Assembly: GCA_950097015.1 (NCBI GenBank)
Contig: CATNEN010000034.1
Coordinates: 6,324,001-6,388,000 of the forward strand
Source of the DNA: Macrostomum hystrix
Taxonomy: Eukaryota; Animalia; Platyhelminthes
DNA length: 64,000 nt
Direction: 5' to 3'
Shown: positions 12,388 to 25,300 of the stretch, in pieces
Layout: each line of letters opens with the position of its first letter
How positions within the stretch are numbered: the first letter of the stretch is position 1
Notes under the pieces: generated by a model
What the model was told of the DNA's origin: nothing
Databases searched by the model: none
What the model saw: only the letters and a program-made list of their open reading frames with translations
Program-made: the position numbers and the translations under genes

Positions 12388-13961
12388 ATGGCCTCGCCCA
12401 TCTCTTCTTTCGAAACCGAGCTAAACTCGGCCGCTCCGGACGCTGCCACTGGCAGGTCCCACGTCCTCGGTGCAGCTGGTGGGACTGAGAATCCCGCCAC
12501 TGAAATCGCCGACCAGAATAAACGCAACCCGAGCCGCAAGCGCTCGGAGGAAGCGCGTGTAAGGCGCAACCAGAAGCGCAACGAACGCCGCCGTAATGCT
12601 GCGGCGGCTGCGACTGGTGGGCGACCGACACCTGCACACGAGGCGGGTGCGAAAGATGCGGCAGGGCCACCTGGATCCGCCGCCCCCCCCACCGCCGCTC
12701 CGGCCAGCACCATCTCCAAGGCCGGCACCGACGCCGACGGAAAGAGCGTGGAAGGCGCAGCAGGGCCATCTGGAGCCGCCGCCCCCACCGCCATCACGGC
12801 CACCACCACCCACAAGGCCGGCACGTCCAACGCCAGCAAGGCCAAGGAGACCTATGCCTCCAAAGCCAAGCGGGAGCCTGTCCAGCCGGCGATCATTGTG
12901 GTCGGCGAGGAACAGGACCTCTCAAACGAGCAGCTCAAAAGCATGCTCAGGACCATCGACGAGGGCCTCACGGACCTGGCACTGGCAGGGACACCAGTCA
13001 GCGTTGTCAGGTCCGAAGCGCAGGAGGGGGCTGTCCTCCTCTGGTGCAAATCGGCGGGGGATAGCCGCCTACTGCGCGATCGGATCAAAGACTTCAAGTG
13101 GGGCACCGATGTCGGAAGACTGAGTCCGAGCGTCCACGGACCCGACGTCATCGTGTCTGGGTCCCCGACGCCTGCTCAATCCGGTCCGGGGACCAACTTC
13201 GGCAGCTGCTGCTGAAGATGAACCCGGACCTCCCAGCCTCCGGGCTGATCTGCCACGAAACCGTCCGCAAAGAAGCGGAGGGTTTCACGGCGATCTACGG
13301 CTTCTCCGAAGCCTGGTCCAAAAGGATCCCTCACAAGAGCGTAATCAAACCGGGACTCTACCCGCTGACCATCCTGGATTGTCAGGAGAGGAAGGCCGGG
13401 GAGGGATCGGAAAATAAGCGGGCCGCTCCTGGCTCTGGGGCGAAAGCTCCGCCAGCTAAGCGGCATGCAACGTCCGCGGACCCCCGCCCGGGCAAAAATA
13501 TCCGCATCGCCGAATCCGGCCCCCGAGATCGTAGACCAGCCCGCAACAACCGCAAATCGGGCCTGGTCTTGCGGGCGCTCAGCGAAGCCCGAGCGCTCAG
13601 AGAGCACCTGGAGCGCTCCCGCGCTACAAAAGCGCAAACCTCCCTTCCTCCCAGCCAGCCGCAAAGTGCCGGGACCCACGGAGCGGTGGCCACCGACTGG
13701 TCTGAGGATCCCCCTCACCGGAAGGAGGCTGCCATCCACACGGACCCGACCCCCGAGGGCGAGGCGTCGAGTGACGGCAGCGACTGCACCGTTGTTGGGT
13801 GGAGCGGCCGGGACACGCAGCGGTCAGAGCAGCAGCTCTCCGCAGCGATTCCCGCCGTTCCCTCCACAGCGGTTGCGGGCGCGCCGCTACTCATGGAGGT
13901 CTGCAGCCCGACCCCGTCTGAGGAGGACGAGCTGCTCAAGGAGACTCCCGCTGGACCATGA
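12388..13961 (+). CDS. LINE ORF1 (DUF4780-like, LOA/R1 type), split by a 1-nt frameshift near 13115-13135
   Basis: ATG at 12388 (MASPISS...). Basic/Ala-Pro-rich N-terminus, then AIIVVGE...GAVLLWC in one frame, continuing as RHRVWVPD...LLLKMNPDLP in the -1 frame. Stop TGA 13959-13961. Confidence 0.7.
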
Positions 13962-16900
13962 TCGGCCACACTGGGATCACCTGCCTGCAGGTTAACCTGC
14001 AACACTGCATAGCTGCATCCGTCAATCTGATGCGCTATGTCGAGCTCAACATGCCGGGTCTCATCCTCGTCCAGGAGCCGTGGACTCATAAAGGTAAGCC
14101 TCAAAATGTACCCAATGGGTATCACTGCCTCTACAACAGCCGTCACTGGGAGAACCAAACTCCCAGGGCGTGCATCCTCGTGAGAGACTCCCTCAACGCC
14201 TGGCACAGACCCGACCTTTCTGATCGGGACACCTGTGTCATCCAGACGGAGAACATCCTCCCAGGAAAAACCGTCTTAATCGCCTCGGTTTACTTACCGG
14301 GCGACAGGCCGGCAGTCCCTGAGGAGCTGATCTCTCTGATTGAAACCTGCGCTGCCAAAAACTATGAGCTCATAGTGGCTGGCGATATTAACGCCCACCA
14401 CACCCACTGGGGGAGCTCTGACATTAACTCGAGAGGCGAGGACCTCCTTGCCTACATCTTAACCACGTCCCTGGAGTTCTGCAACACAGGGAGCACCCCG
14501 ACCTTTGACAATGGCCGGTGGTCTGAGGTCATCGACGCCACTCTAGCCACACCTGGGCTCTACCAGAGCCTTAGGGAGTGGCAGGTTCTGCCGGAGACCT
14601 CCCTCTCCGATCACAAATACATCTCTTTCCAACTGGCGGGTGCACGCTGCACTAACCAGATCACTTGGAAAAGGAACGCTAGGAATACCGATTGGGAAGC
14701 CTTCAGGCATAACCTCGAAGGAACCCAACGAAACCTAAGCCCCCCCGCCAACACCTGCGATGAAGCGGATGAGCTAGCTGAGTTTCTCACCAACTCGCTG
14801 ACCACCGCCTTCGAGGCCTCCTGCCCCCTCAAAGCTTACAGAGGCAAAACTTCGGCCCCATGGTGGAATCCGCAGCTCGGCGAGCTCCGTCGAACGGCGA
14901 AGCGGCTGCACCGCAGGGCCACGAAGACAAAAAACCCGGCTGATCAGGCTGCGTATCTCGAAGCCATCCATAGCTTCAAGAAGGAAGTCAGAAACGCCAA
15001 AAACAGCAAGTGGCGGCAATACTGTGAGGAGCTTGAGGGCACTCGCCCCACCTCCAGAATTGTCAAAGCCCTCACGCTGGACAAATGTCCAAGCTTTCGA
15101 CGGTGAGGAAGGCCGATGGCCGACCCACCGAGAACCCTGGGGAAACGCTCGACACTATGCTCACAGCCTTTTTCCCCAGCGTGCCAGCAGGGACAGACCC
15201 CCCGGATCACACCGAGGGAGGTCATATCCTTGCGACGTCCATCATTACTGAAGACCGGGTTACCAAGGCAGCCCAGTCTTTCAAACCCTTCAAATCCCCG
15301 GGGCCGGACGGCATTATACCAGCCTTCATCCGCGAGGCGGTAAAATGCCATGGCTTCCTCACAAATCTTTGCAAGCTCCTTAAGGCTTGCATTGTGCTTG
15401 GGTATGTTCCGAAGGCATGGACCGAGGCGAGGGTGGTTTTTATCCCCAAGCCAGGCCGCCCGGACTACCATTCCATTAAATCGTTTCGGCCAATTAGCCT
15501 TACCTCCACCATGGTCAAACTGATGGAGAGATTGGTGCTCTGGCGCCTCCTCTCTGTGGAGCTGAAAAATATGCCACTAAGCGGCAATCAACACGCCTTT
15601 CGGTCGGGACGTTCCACCGAAAGCGCTCTCCACGCTCTGGTGGACGCTCTGGAAAAGGCCGTCCTCGGGAACGGCTTTGCCCTGAGCATCTTCCTGGATA
15701 TTGACGGGGCCTTCGACAACGTTCTCTTCGAGGCGTTTGACAGGGCCCTACGTATGCGGCACACGCATTCGCATCTTAGGAGGTGGATCATGTACATGGT
15801 CCGCCACCGCACTGCTACGGCACACCTTCTTGGACACCAGCGGACGGTCACTGTCTGCAAAGGTTGCCCACAAGGCGGCGTCCTCTCACCAGTTCTCTGG
15901 AACATGGTTATCGACGAGCTCTTACGAGACTCTCAGCCAGACCCCATCCTAAAGGTCGGCTATGCGGATGATGTTACGGCAGTGGCATCTGGCCCGGTAC
16001 CAGAGGCCCTCCGAGACCTTCTGCAAAACTTTATCAACAACGCCGAAAGATGGGCAACTCGCTGCGGTCTGAAGCTCTCCGAGTCTAAGACAGCGGCGAT
16101 CATGTTCACCAGCAAAAACAAATGGCATATTCGCCCCCTGCAGCTGTATGGAAAGGACATCACCTTCCAGAAGCAAACTAAATGCCTGGGCATAACGCTC
16201 GATCACAGGCTCAGCTGGACTCCTCATGTCCATGCCAAAGCCAAAAAGGCCTTTGCGATCCTGGCGCAGCTGCGCAGGGCGGTGGGCAACACGTGGGGTC
16301 TCACCCCCAAACGCCTATGGTGGATCTACACTGCTATGGTCAGGCCGGCTGTCTCGTACGCCGGACTGATCTGGGCTAGTGCCCTTCAGCTTAAGACCTG
16401 CCATGAGACTCTTCGGAGAGTGCAAGGTCGCGCATGTCGGACGATCATGAGCGCCCCGCCATCCGCCCCCTTCGATGGCCTCAACGCCTTCTTGAACATC
16501 CTCCCGCTCGATATCTTTATCCGCGGGGAGGCGGCAAAAAACCGCCCGGCGTCTCCTTGATGCCGGTGTGCGCTTCGTCCCCCAACGAGCGGCAGCGAAG
16601 CGAAAGCTCCTGCCGCACACGGACCTTTGCCTGAGAGACTTGGGTGCGAGCAACGGAATCAATGTCCTTACGGACGGTGAACCGTGCTCGCTCAACCTCC
16701 TTCAGCGCTTTAAGGTTCTCATCCCCACCAGGGACCAAGTTAGCGACCACTGGAACACCCAGGAGGTCCACTGCTACACGGACGGATCCATGAAGGATGG
16801 CTCCGCTGGCTTCGGGGTCTGTATCCTTATCAACGGACGTGTTGTCGCCACACACGCCCAACACACTGGAATATCCTCGAGCGTTTTTCCAGAACGAGGT

Positions 16901-17660
16901 CCTGGCCATCAGCTCCTGCGCTGCGGAGTTGAATGAGAAAAACATCTCAGGCAGGACTATCATCTTTCACTCGGACAGTCAGGCTGCTCTGCAAGCCCTC
17001 TGTCACACCACCACAACCTCCCGGACAGTCTCCGACTGTGTCCGGCAGCTCAATAACCTGGCCGGTAAGAATACCGTCAGACTTCAGTGGATACCAGGGC
17101 ACGCCGGTTTCCCTGGTAACGAGCTTGCTGACCACCTGGCCAAGCAGGGAGGAGCCAGCTCTGCGCCGGGCCCCTCCCCCCCGGCTCCGATTCCGAGCAC
17201 CGTCATTTATCGTCAGATTAATGATTGGACCGCCAACCTCCATCTTACCCGGTGGAGAAGCACCACTAACTGCCGCCAATCCAAAGCGGCAGTTCCAGTG
17301 CCATCCGCTCGGCTCCGGAAGGTCCTTCTGAACCAGACCCGGAAGGACATCCGGGCCCTCACCATGACCCTCACGGGCCATGGCTGCTACGCCAGACACT
17401 GTTTCCTCCGTGGAGACCTCCGGAGTGAGCTGTGCCCTTTCTGCAACCTTGAGGACGAGGATGCCCTGCACTTCGTCTGCCACTGCCCTTTCTTCACCAG
17501 AGAGAGGCTCAATCACCTCGGACCAAACCCATCAATGGACGATGTTTGCAGATCCGAGAACATCCCGCGGCTCGTCCGGTTCCTAAGGGCTACCAGACGA
17601 GCCTCTTTCTTCCCCAGCGAGGAACAAGCTGCAGGAAGGACCGAACACGGACCTCCCTGA
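13958..17660 (+). CDS. LINE ORF2: AP endonuclease, reverse transcriptase, RNase H, CCHC knuckle; three 1-nt homopolymer frameshifts
   Basis: APE motifs QVNLQH, LVQEPW, GDINAHH, SDHKYI. RT motifs GCPQGGVLSP and YADD. RNase H motifs YTDGS, NEVLAI, SDSQAAL, WIPGH, GNELADHLAK. Knuckle CPFC...HFVCHC. Frame breaks at A3 15083-85, A6 16536-41, T5 16884-88. Confidence 0.93.
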
Positions 17661-18525
17661 CTGGCCCCGCGCCATCGGCCGATTGCGGGTCTTTCAGGGA
17701 TTAGCGGAATGGGCGACTCCCGCCTCCCCGCTGCGTCCGTCGGACCGCCCTGCAGTTAAGTCAAGTAAGTCAAAGTCACTACTTGTTCAAAAGTTATGTC
17801 TCCTTAACTGCAGTGGGGTACTGCATCTCACTCCTGTGCCCTTTTCGCTGACTCTTGAGCAGCACTCACACTCGACAACAAGAAATAAAGTTTGTTCGTA
17901 TGCATATACATGAAAATAAGTAGTTTATGTAATATGTAGTCTATAGTGGTTTAGTAAGTAGAAGTAGTAGTTTATGTAGTTTATGTAATATCAAATTCTA
18001 CATTATTTGCATATGATGACTTCGACGGAAATTGTGTTAAGTTTTAGCAAAATTGAACGATACTAATAAAAACATTCCGCGATTTTTTAGATATAAATAG
18101 ATAAACAAAAGTTAAATTTTTTTTAATTTTGGGTATAAAATAAATGAAATAACTATGTAAAAGTTTATTGATATTTATTCATGTCAGATACTTCGAGGTA
18201 AGTATTTCCACAGTCATTGGCTGTTGCTCAAGAAAAGTTTCTCAATTATCGTGGGCACTCGTTTGAGCATGCCTCAAATATTTACAAAGAAATAATTTAA
18301 AATGCATTTAAACCCGACTTAAAATTGCCTTTAGACATACGATGCAGTGTTTAATTTCTGAAAAGAAATACACTCTGGATTCCTGGAAAATACATAGAAT
18401 CGTTTCTTTCATGGCTTCAGAAATTCAAATATTCAGAACTTTACATTTTATATAGTTTATCCTCCGCAAGAAATTAGCATTAGTGAAGTCAAAGAAAGAC
18501 GCCTCATTTTGCGACAGATCTCTAC

Positions 18526-19602
18526 ATGAGAATAACATGGGAGTCAGTGCCTCTAAATATCTTGGAGCATGTATTTAAATACCTCGGCTTTCGAGACAGA
18601 TACCATGCGTCGCAAGTTTGCTTTCGGTGGTATGAAGCATTCTACTGTCCAAGTTTATGGGCATATTTAAATATTGATGGAAAGGTGTTTACCAAAAAAC
18701 GCAGAGATATGTTTATGGGACCACAGAAGGACGTTAAGCACATGTTCTTTGAGAGCTATTTACACTGTTTCGGTCCTAAACTTCGTGGAATTCGTTTTCA
18801 ACCTTTCGATAACTACTTCAATCTTTATGAATTCTTGTTCATGATTTCAAAGTACTTGGATGAATTCGGCACTGACGCAATGCCTCAGCTTCGCAGCTTT
18901 GAGTACGCATTCTTTTGCATATTCGACGGCAATGTCACATTCGGATCAGGCGGTAGAATGCTCGAAATTCTAGTCGAAACTGTGCGAAAGCTGCCTAATT
19001 CAGTTCGTCGGTTAGAAGTCAGCGACCTGTTCTTGTCGTATTTCGATGCGTCCATGCTTCTCGGCAGCTTTGTTCACCTAAAAGACAGTTTAGTTGAGCT
19101 TAACATTAGCAATGTGACCAAGGATATTCGTGCCGCATCGTACAGTGCTTTGCTTGACATGGTGCATCTAGAGCGTGTGTCCATTAGCCTGTTGAATATC
19201 TCGGAGCAGTTGATTCAAGTCCTGTGCCGCCTCCCAGCTTTGCGCGAAGTGTGCGCCATCGAGGACGAGTTTTCTCAAATCTTTGCGATGGAGCTGATGG
19301 AAATGCATTGCCAAAGTGAGCTGTGGGCAGCGCTGACCCTCACAAGATGCCTGACTTTGGAGATTCATCCAGGCTTCACACAGCCAATGTTGCTCCTGCC
19401 AAGACAGTGCCCATTCAAACGATTGACCTACAAGGCCAAGCTTCGACCACTCACCTTTGAAGACCTGACTGATGTGCAGAAGATTTTCCATGCCACATTG
19501 CGAGAAGTCTGCATTGAGACCTCTATAAGAAACTTCTGTGAATTATACCTCCCACTGCAGAGTTACTTGTCAGTCCCATTGCTGTTGATACATGAAAAAT
19601 AG
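18526..19602 (+). CDS. F-box / leucine-rich-repeat protein (exact start and end uncertain)
   Basis: N-terminal F-box WESVPLNILEHVFKYLGFRDRYHASQVCFRWYEAF...W, followed by LRR-like LxxLxL segments (VRRLEVS, LVELNIS, LERVSIS, LREVCA). Confidence 0.8.
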   Translation: MRITWESVPLNILEHVFKYLGFRDRYHASQVCFRWYEAFYCPSLWAYLNIDGKVFTKKRRDMFMGPQKDVKHMFFESYLHCFGPKLRGIRFQPFDNYFNLYEFLFMISKYLDEFGTDAMPQLRSFEYAFFCIFDGNVTFGSGGRMLEILVETVRKLPNSVRRLEVSDLFLSYFDASMLLGSFVHLKDSLVELNISNVTKDIRAASYSALLDMVHLERVSISLLNISEQLIQVLCRLPALREVCAIEDEFSQIFAMELMEMHCQSELWAALTLTRCLTLEIHPGFTQPMLLLPRQCPFKRLTYKAKLRPLTFEDLTDVQKIFHATLREVCIETSIRNFCELYLPLQSYLSVPLLLIHEK

Positions 19603-21019
19603 CATTAATTTAAGACTTTCAGACTAAATATGACATTTACTGACTACCTAAATGCTTCTGTAACAAGTATTTTTGCTTCTTGCTTGCTTAATATGAAAAA
19701 TTCTGCTTACCTTTTAAAAGCTTTCCCTACATGGTAAAAAACTGCAATACATGTTGAATTTGCTAATCAGTAGTATAGTTAGGCTCTTGTAAAGCTACTG
19801 CATAGTATATCTAACTAATATAATAAAATGTATATATTATGATTGTAGCTATAGATCTAACTAAGGCTAGAAAATTTTTGATATGAGGGCCTAAAAAGTA
19901 TTGTATAATCAAGCTAGTTATTGCTGTGCAAGTCTGATAAAAATATGTGGATAGGCTAGTTATTTTTTTATTGCTTGAAAGTCAAAAAAAAATTTTCTCT
20001 GTGAAAAAAATCAAAAAGTTGGCTAGCTATGCAGCTATCTAGATTCTAGATAACCTTTTGTTAAAATAAGCAACTCTATTATATTGTATTAAGTGAACTG
20101 ACTTATTAATTTTATTAATTATTTTTATTTTATTGTTATTTTATTTATTTATTTTATTTATTTTATATTTTTAATTTAATTATATTTTATAATATTTTAT
20201 TTATTTTATTTCTTGTTCTATTATTTTATTAATACTATATACTTTAGTTTATAACCACTTTACCTAATCCAATACTGAAATTATTATTGTTAATGCACAA
20301 CAGAAAATTTACATTTCTCAGTTGCTTTGCCTTTTTACCTCTCAGTTATTTTTCAACTATAGCTATACAACAGATTTCAATATCTACAATTGCTTTTGCT
20401 TCCTTCTTCTTCCTTCACTGATAGTCAAATAAATGAGTTAAAATACTTAAAGATGACACTGTGGTGTTACCATAAAGTTTAACTGACTATTATTATTAAG
20501 AGCTAATAGCAAGCTGTAAAGTTTGAATTATATGACTACATTGTTATTACTTTTTATTTTATTGGTTGTTTTTGGATAGTTGTTAAATATTTATTCACCT
20601 TTGTATTAAAAAGGTCCTGTTATGTTACCACAATACAAATAATGTGTTTATATATTTTAGCTATAGTGAGTGTTAAAGGTTTAGCCAATTAGTCTAAACA
20701 GAGGCTCATTTTCTATACTCATGTACTATGGGGTGTGTCATGTAATTTATTACTTTTCACCCCATTAAATATAAGTTTCAATAATCAATAACAAGTCTAA
20801 GGTAGGTTTTCAGACTTTAACAGTAGATCAGAGTAGTATTAATTTGCATTGTAAAATACACTTACAATAATAAGAAACTCTACTTGCTACTTATTAGGAT
20901 TGCTACACGATAGTTTGATGCATTTTTTAAATTCATGCTGAAAGTTGGTACTATATTTCACATAATTTCATCACATAAATGGTATAGTACAGCTTCCAGA
21001 TAAATAGTACTTAGCTCCC

Positions 21020-21500
21020 ACCTGGATGGTAGTAGCTTCCACCTGGATGGTAGTAGCTTCCACCTGGATGGTAGTAGCTTCCAGCTGGGTGGTAGTTGCT
21101 TCCACCTGGATGGTAGTAGCTTCCACCTGGATGGTAGTAGCTTCCACCTGGATGGTAGTAGCTTCCACCTGGATGGTAGTAGCTTCCACCTGCATGGATG
21201 GTAGTAGCTTCCACCTGGATGGTAGTAGCTTCCACCTGGGTGGTAGTAGCTTTTACCTTGGTGGTAGTAGCTTCCACCTGAGTGGTAGTAGCTTCCACCT
21301 GGGATGGTAGTAGCTTCCACCTGGATGGTAGTAGCTTCCACCTGGGTGGTAGTAGATATCACCTGGATGGTAGTAGCTTTTACTTTGGTGGTAGTAGCTT
21401 CCACCTGAATGGTAGTAGCTTCCACCTAGATGGTAGTAGCTTCCACCTGGATAGCAGCTTCCACCTGGTTGATAGCAGCTTCCGCCACGACAGTAGCTGC
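21020..21500. repeat. 21-bp tandem repeat TTCCACCTGGATGGTAGTAGC
   Basis: About 20 units. One inverted copy of the unit at ~25857-25879. Confidence 0.93.
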
Positions 21501-21549
21501 TTCCACGTGGATGACTATAGCTCCTAAATCCCCCTTTTCCTTCTAATGC

Positions 21550-21720
21550 AGTCGCATCACTCCGCTGTCTCATCCCTCCGCTGTCTCATCTCTCATCTCA
21601 TCTCTCATCTCATCTCATCGCTGTCTCATCTCATCTCTCATCTTATCTCATCGCTGTCTCATCTCTTCACTGTCTCATCTCTCCGCTGTCTCATCTCTCG
21701 ACAAGGTAGTGTCTCATCTT
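21550..21720. repeat. CT-rich (TCTCA-based) simple repeat, same family as 476-1470
   Basis: CTGTCTCATCTC motifs. Confidence 0.85.
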
Positions 21721-22331
21721 ATATCTCAGCGCAGTCAATCCAGCCTATCATCAATTCGATTCTCTTTTTGTTCCCTCTGGGATAAGATTGCCCATCCCGG
21801 TTAAGATCACAATTTCAGGACAGAATGTAAGTTTTGTGATTGACTACACTTATCCGCATATAACTGCTTATAGAAAATGGTTTGATTATATATTATCCTT
21901 AAAGCGCGCCTTTCTGGTGTCTTGGCTCGTACTTTTTCTCAACTTCATTAGCTTCAGTTCTGCGCTGTGATTGGCTTGCGAATCGATGCATGTCTGTAAT
22001 ACGCTTGGTTAGAACACATCATCCCCCTTTATGAATTCTGACATTTCCCATTCGTCCACTGTCTTCCCAACCTATACGATCCTGTACATTGGTCCAATCC
22101 GGAACCTTCCTAAACCCGCAGGGGGGGGGAACACGATCTCTCTGGCTGACATTTTAGGTATAGCACAATTTTCTTTCCGACAGTCACTAGTCACAATACA
22201 AGGTCGCTACAGCTTTATTGTCTCTAGATCTACAAGCTAGCCTTTAAAGTGCAGCCTGATCCAAACAACCTGGTGTGCAGACTGCTCAAAGATAAATAAA
22301 AATACTATAACGAAATCGGCGGTCCGCAGCA

Positions 22332-25300
22332 ATGTGCGGCGGCTGCTGTTGCGGCTGCTCGGACGGCAATCTGTGCCGCACAGTTGTAATCTTTGTAGTG
22401 CAGCTGGTGTCTCTCGTTCTCACCCCGCTGGTGCTGGTGTTTGTCAACGAAGCGATCAACCCGGTGGTGATTGTGATCTCAATCGCGTTCCTGCTGTTAC
22501 TAATAGTCTCTCTGGTTTGCTGCATGCTTTCAAGGGTAAGCTATAGGCTCACTGATATTCGAACTGAAACATTCAGCAGAAGTGCACTTTAATAACATAT
22601 TTTGAAGCTGAGACTCAGCACAGACGTACAGACATTTTTTAGCTATCCGAGATCAAAAGTATCGAAATCTTTTTGATTAAAACAAGTATAGATTCTGGCC
22701 CTGATAGCCACAGAGCAGTAACTAGACACTTTCAGCGATAAGTTACAAAAATATAAGAGGGATATAAAAAAAAATTCTGACGATATTTGACGCCCGTATC
22801 AGTAAATTTTTTTAATTAACCAATTAGTTCTGCATGTATTAACCAGGAGAATATAATAATATTTTTGATTGCAGGAGGGCTGCGGGCAATGTCACATCAT
22901 TTGGTGACACTAGACCCGCAGCCAGCGAGGAAGCAATTCTGCCTATTTCGCTGACTCCTGAGCACACACAGGTGTGTACATCTGCCCTGACTTTCTCATC
23001 GTCAGTCAGTGTGCACTCTCACTGTGCCTTGGAGGTTGGCCCTCAAAGGGGTAAATTGCACGACAAATACCCAAGCCTTCTCTCCGCGGCTGCGCCCCAA
23101 ATGAATGTGGCCTCGCCGCGGAATCGAGCTCAGGGACCTTGGCGCGAGAGGCAAACGCGTTAGACCGCTCTGCCACTCACCCCTCGGACGATGTCTGAGT
23201 TAAAATCGAAGGATTAGTCAGTCCTTACTGGTCCTGAAAATGTTAGTTTTTTTTGATAAGTTATACTACGGGTGTGTCATAAGTAATGTCACTGTGGTTG
23301 TTGTGCGGGAACCCAAAGCAATAATCATCCAAATATATAATATTCTGAAAGTACATTTATTGAGAAGTTGCCACCACACCTGAGCAGCAATTTTAATGTC
23401 TATGGCCAAAACTGTCGCAAGAATTTGTTAATCAGATTTAGCAAGCGCAACGCGATGAAATCTTCTTTTTGCAACGAGCAAAACTCAACATGAATCACGA
23501 CAAGACGCACATCCAGTTCTACGCTTTCATTCGCTTCAAGCTTGGAAAATCTGCACTTGAAGTAGAGGAGGATCTCCGGAACACACTGCCAGACAACTGC
23601 CCAACTCGCAGGACAATTTACAGGTGGTTTCAGAACTTTACTGATCCTGGGTTCGAATTGGGAGATGCCGCCAGATCTGGACGACCATGTTCAACCAGGA
23701 CAATAGAGAACATCGAAGTCATCAGCGACCTGGTCAAGGAAGACCCGCGGCAGTCTGTCAGGGAGCTAGCGGACTGCTTGGAGATTGATTTCAAGACAGT
23801 CCATCGCATCTTGACAGAGGATCTCCATCTCCGAAACGTCTGCTCGGTCTGGGTGCCCCATGACCTCACTGCGGACCAACGTCAGGCCCGTGTGAACTGC
23901 GCCAATCAGATCCGCAAGGTGTTCAGCAGCCGGGGCTTGGATGACATCCTAAACTGCCTGGTTGTTGAGGATGAGACCTGGCTCCACCTGGATGGCAAAA
24001 GCAGCAAGGCAGACAATCGCTGCTGGCTGGGAGCTGGGGACTCCAGGCTGACTGTGACCAGGAGGTCCATCTCAGACAAGAAGACCATGCTGCTGGTGGC
24101 ATTCACGCCAAACAAACGAGTCTCCATCTGTACAACTCCGCCAAACACCAAGGTCGATGGCCAGTACTTCATCGACTTTGTCCGACACACTGGGAACCTC
24201 TGGCGCACGCTCCGGTCAAACCCGATTCACCTGAACGAAGTTCTGTGGCAGATGGACAACGCACGGCCCCACACCTGTCAGGCTGTTTCGGATTTTCTGG
24301 CTGGACGGCGAATAAATCTGCTCTGGCAGAGTCCCTACAGCCCAGACTTCAACTTGTGCGACAGGTTTCTCTTTAAATGGCTGAAGGCAGACTTTTCCCA
24401 GAGAAGTTTCGCAAACCATGATGAGGTCAAAGAAGCCGCGTTGCACTGGTTCCGACAGCTGGAGGAAAAACACCTGCAGGCTGAGGTAGAGAAGCTGTAC
24501 GAGCACTGCCAGAGGGTGATTGATATTGGGGGACACTATGTTGTTGATTGATACAGTTTCGTTCATCTGCGATTGTTAGTTGGTCTGTTTTACCCTCAGT
24601 GACATTACTTATGACACACCCGAAGTAACTAACTTCTCTCCGCCGAAGTAACTAAGCTCTGTCTATTTTCTTCAGAAGGAAAAGTACTTCTTCATAGGAT
24701 CGAGTAACTTTTAATCCCAAAATTCAGTAAAATGAGAACTGAACATCGTCAATCAAATTCTGCTTCTAAGACGAATGAGGCAAAACGAATTAGGCCTCTT
24801 TTTTCGTCCCTCTTTTCTCAAATCCCTTCTCTCTGGCAGTTTCTGCTATTCAATCTTATATTATTTTGAGCTGGCTGCTGGAATATATATATATATATAA
24901 TTCTGTATGTTTGCTTTTCGCTCAAAGGGCAGAACCAAACGTGCTTTATAGTTTTTTAGAAAATTGAGTTTTTTCGGTCCAATATTGGTTTACTGGTCCA
25001 GACTATAAGAACTAAGTGGTGAAAAAATCACGTACTTTAAAAGTGCAAACTGAAGCGAATTCGAACAGGCAGTAGTTACTACGAGCTATATTTAAAAGTG
25101 AAAACAACATTTACCACACGAACTATTTTATTACCCTAACTCACGCCGGTTTCATCTATCCCAAGCTGTCTTATCTCTCCCGTGTCTCATCTCTCCCTGT
25201 CTCATCTCTATCTCTCCGTCTCGTCCCTCCCCGGTCTTATCTCTCCCTGTCTCATCTCTCCCGTGTCTCATCTCTCGCTGTCTCATCTTTCCCTTGTCTA

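Larger units (their letters stand above)
11651..17775 (+). mobile_element. Full-length non-LTR retrotransposon, I-group (LOA/R1-like): ORF1 + APE-RT-RNase H ORF2
   Basis: 13-bp target-site duplication TCACTACTTGTTC at 11638-11650 and 17776-17788. Short 3' tail of (TA)AGTCA-type repeats. Both ORFs present. Confidence 0.93.

Noticed and set aside
12138-17586. Numerous alternative-frame and antisense ORFs over the LINE
   Set aside because: Expected shadows of GC-rich coding sequence; no independent motifs.
20958-21573. GGSYYHP / MEATTIQ repeat ORFs resembling structural or prion-like proteins
   Set aside because: 21-bp satellite open in multiple frames, no signal peptide or processing sites, and the unit recurs elsewhere (25857).
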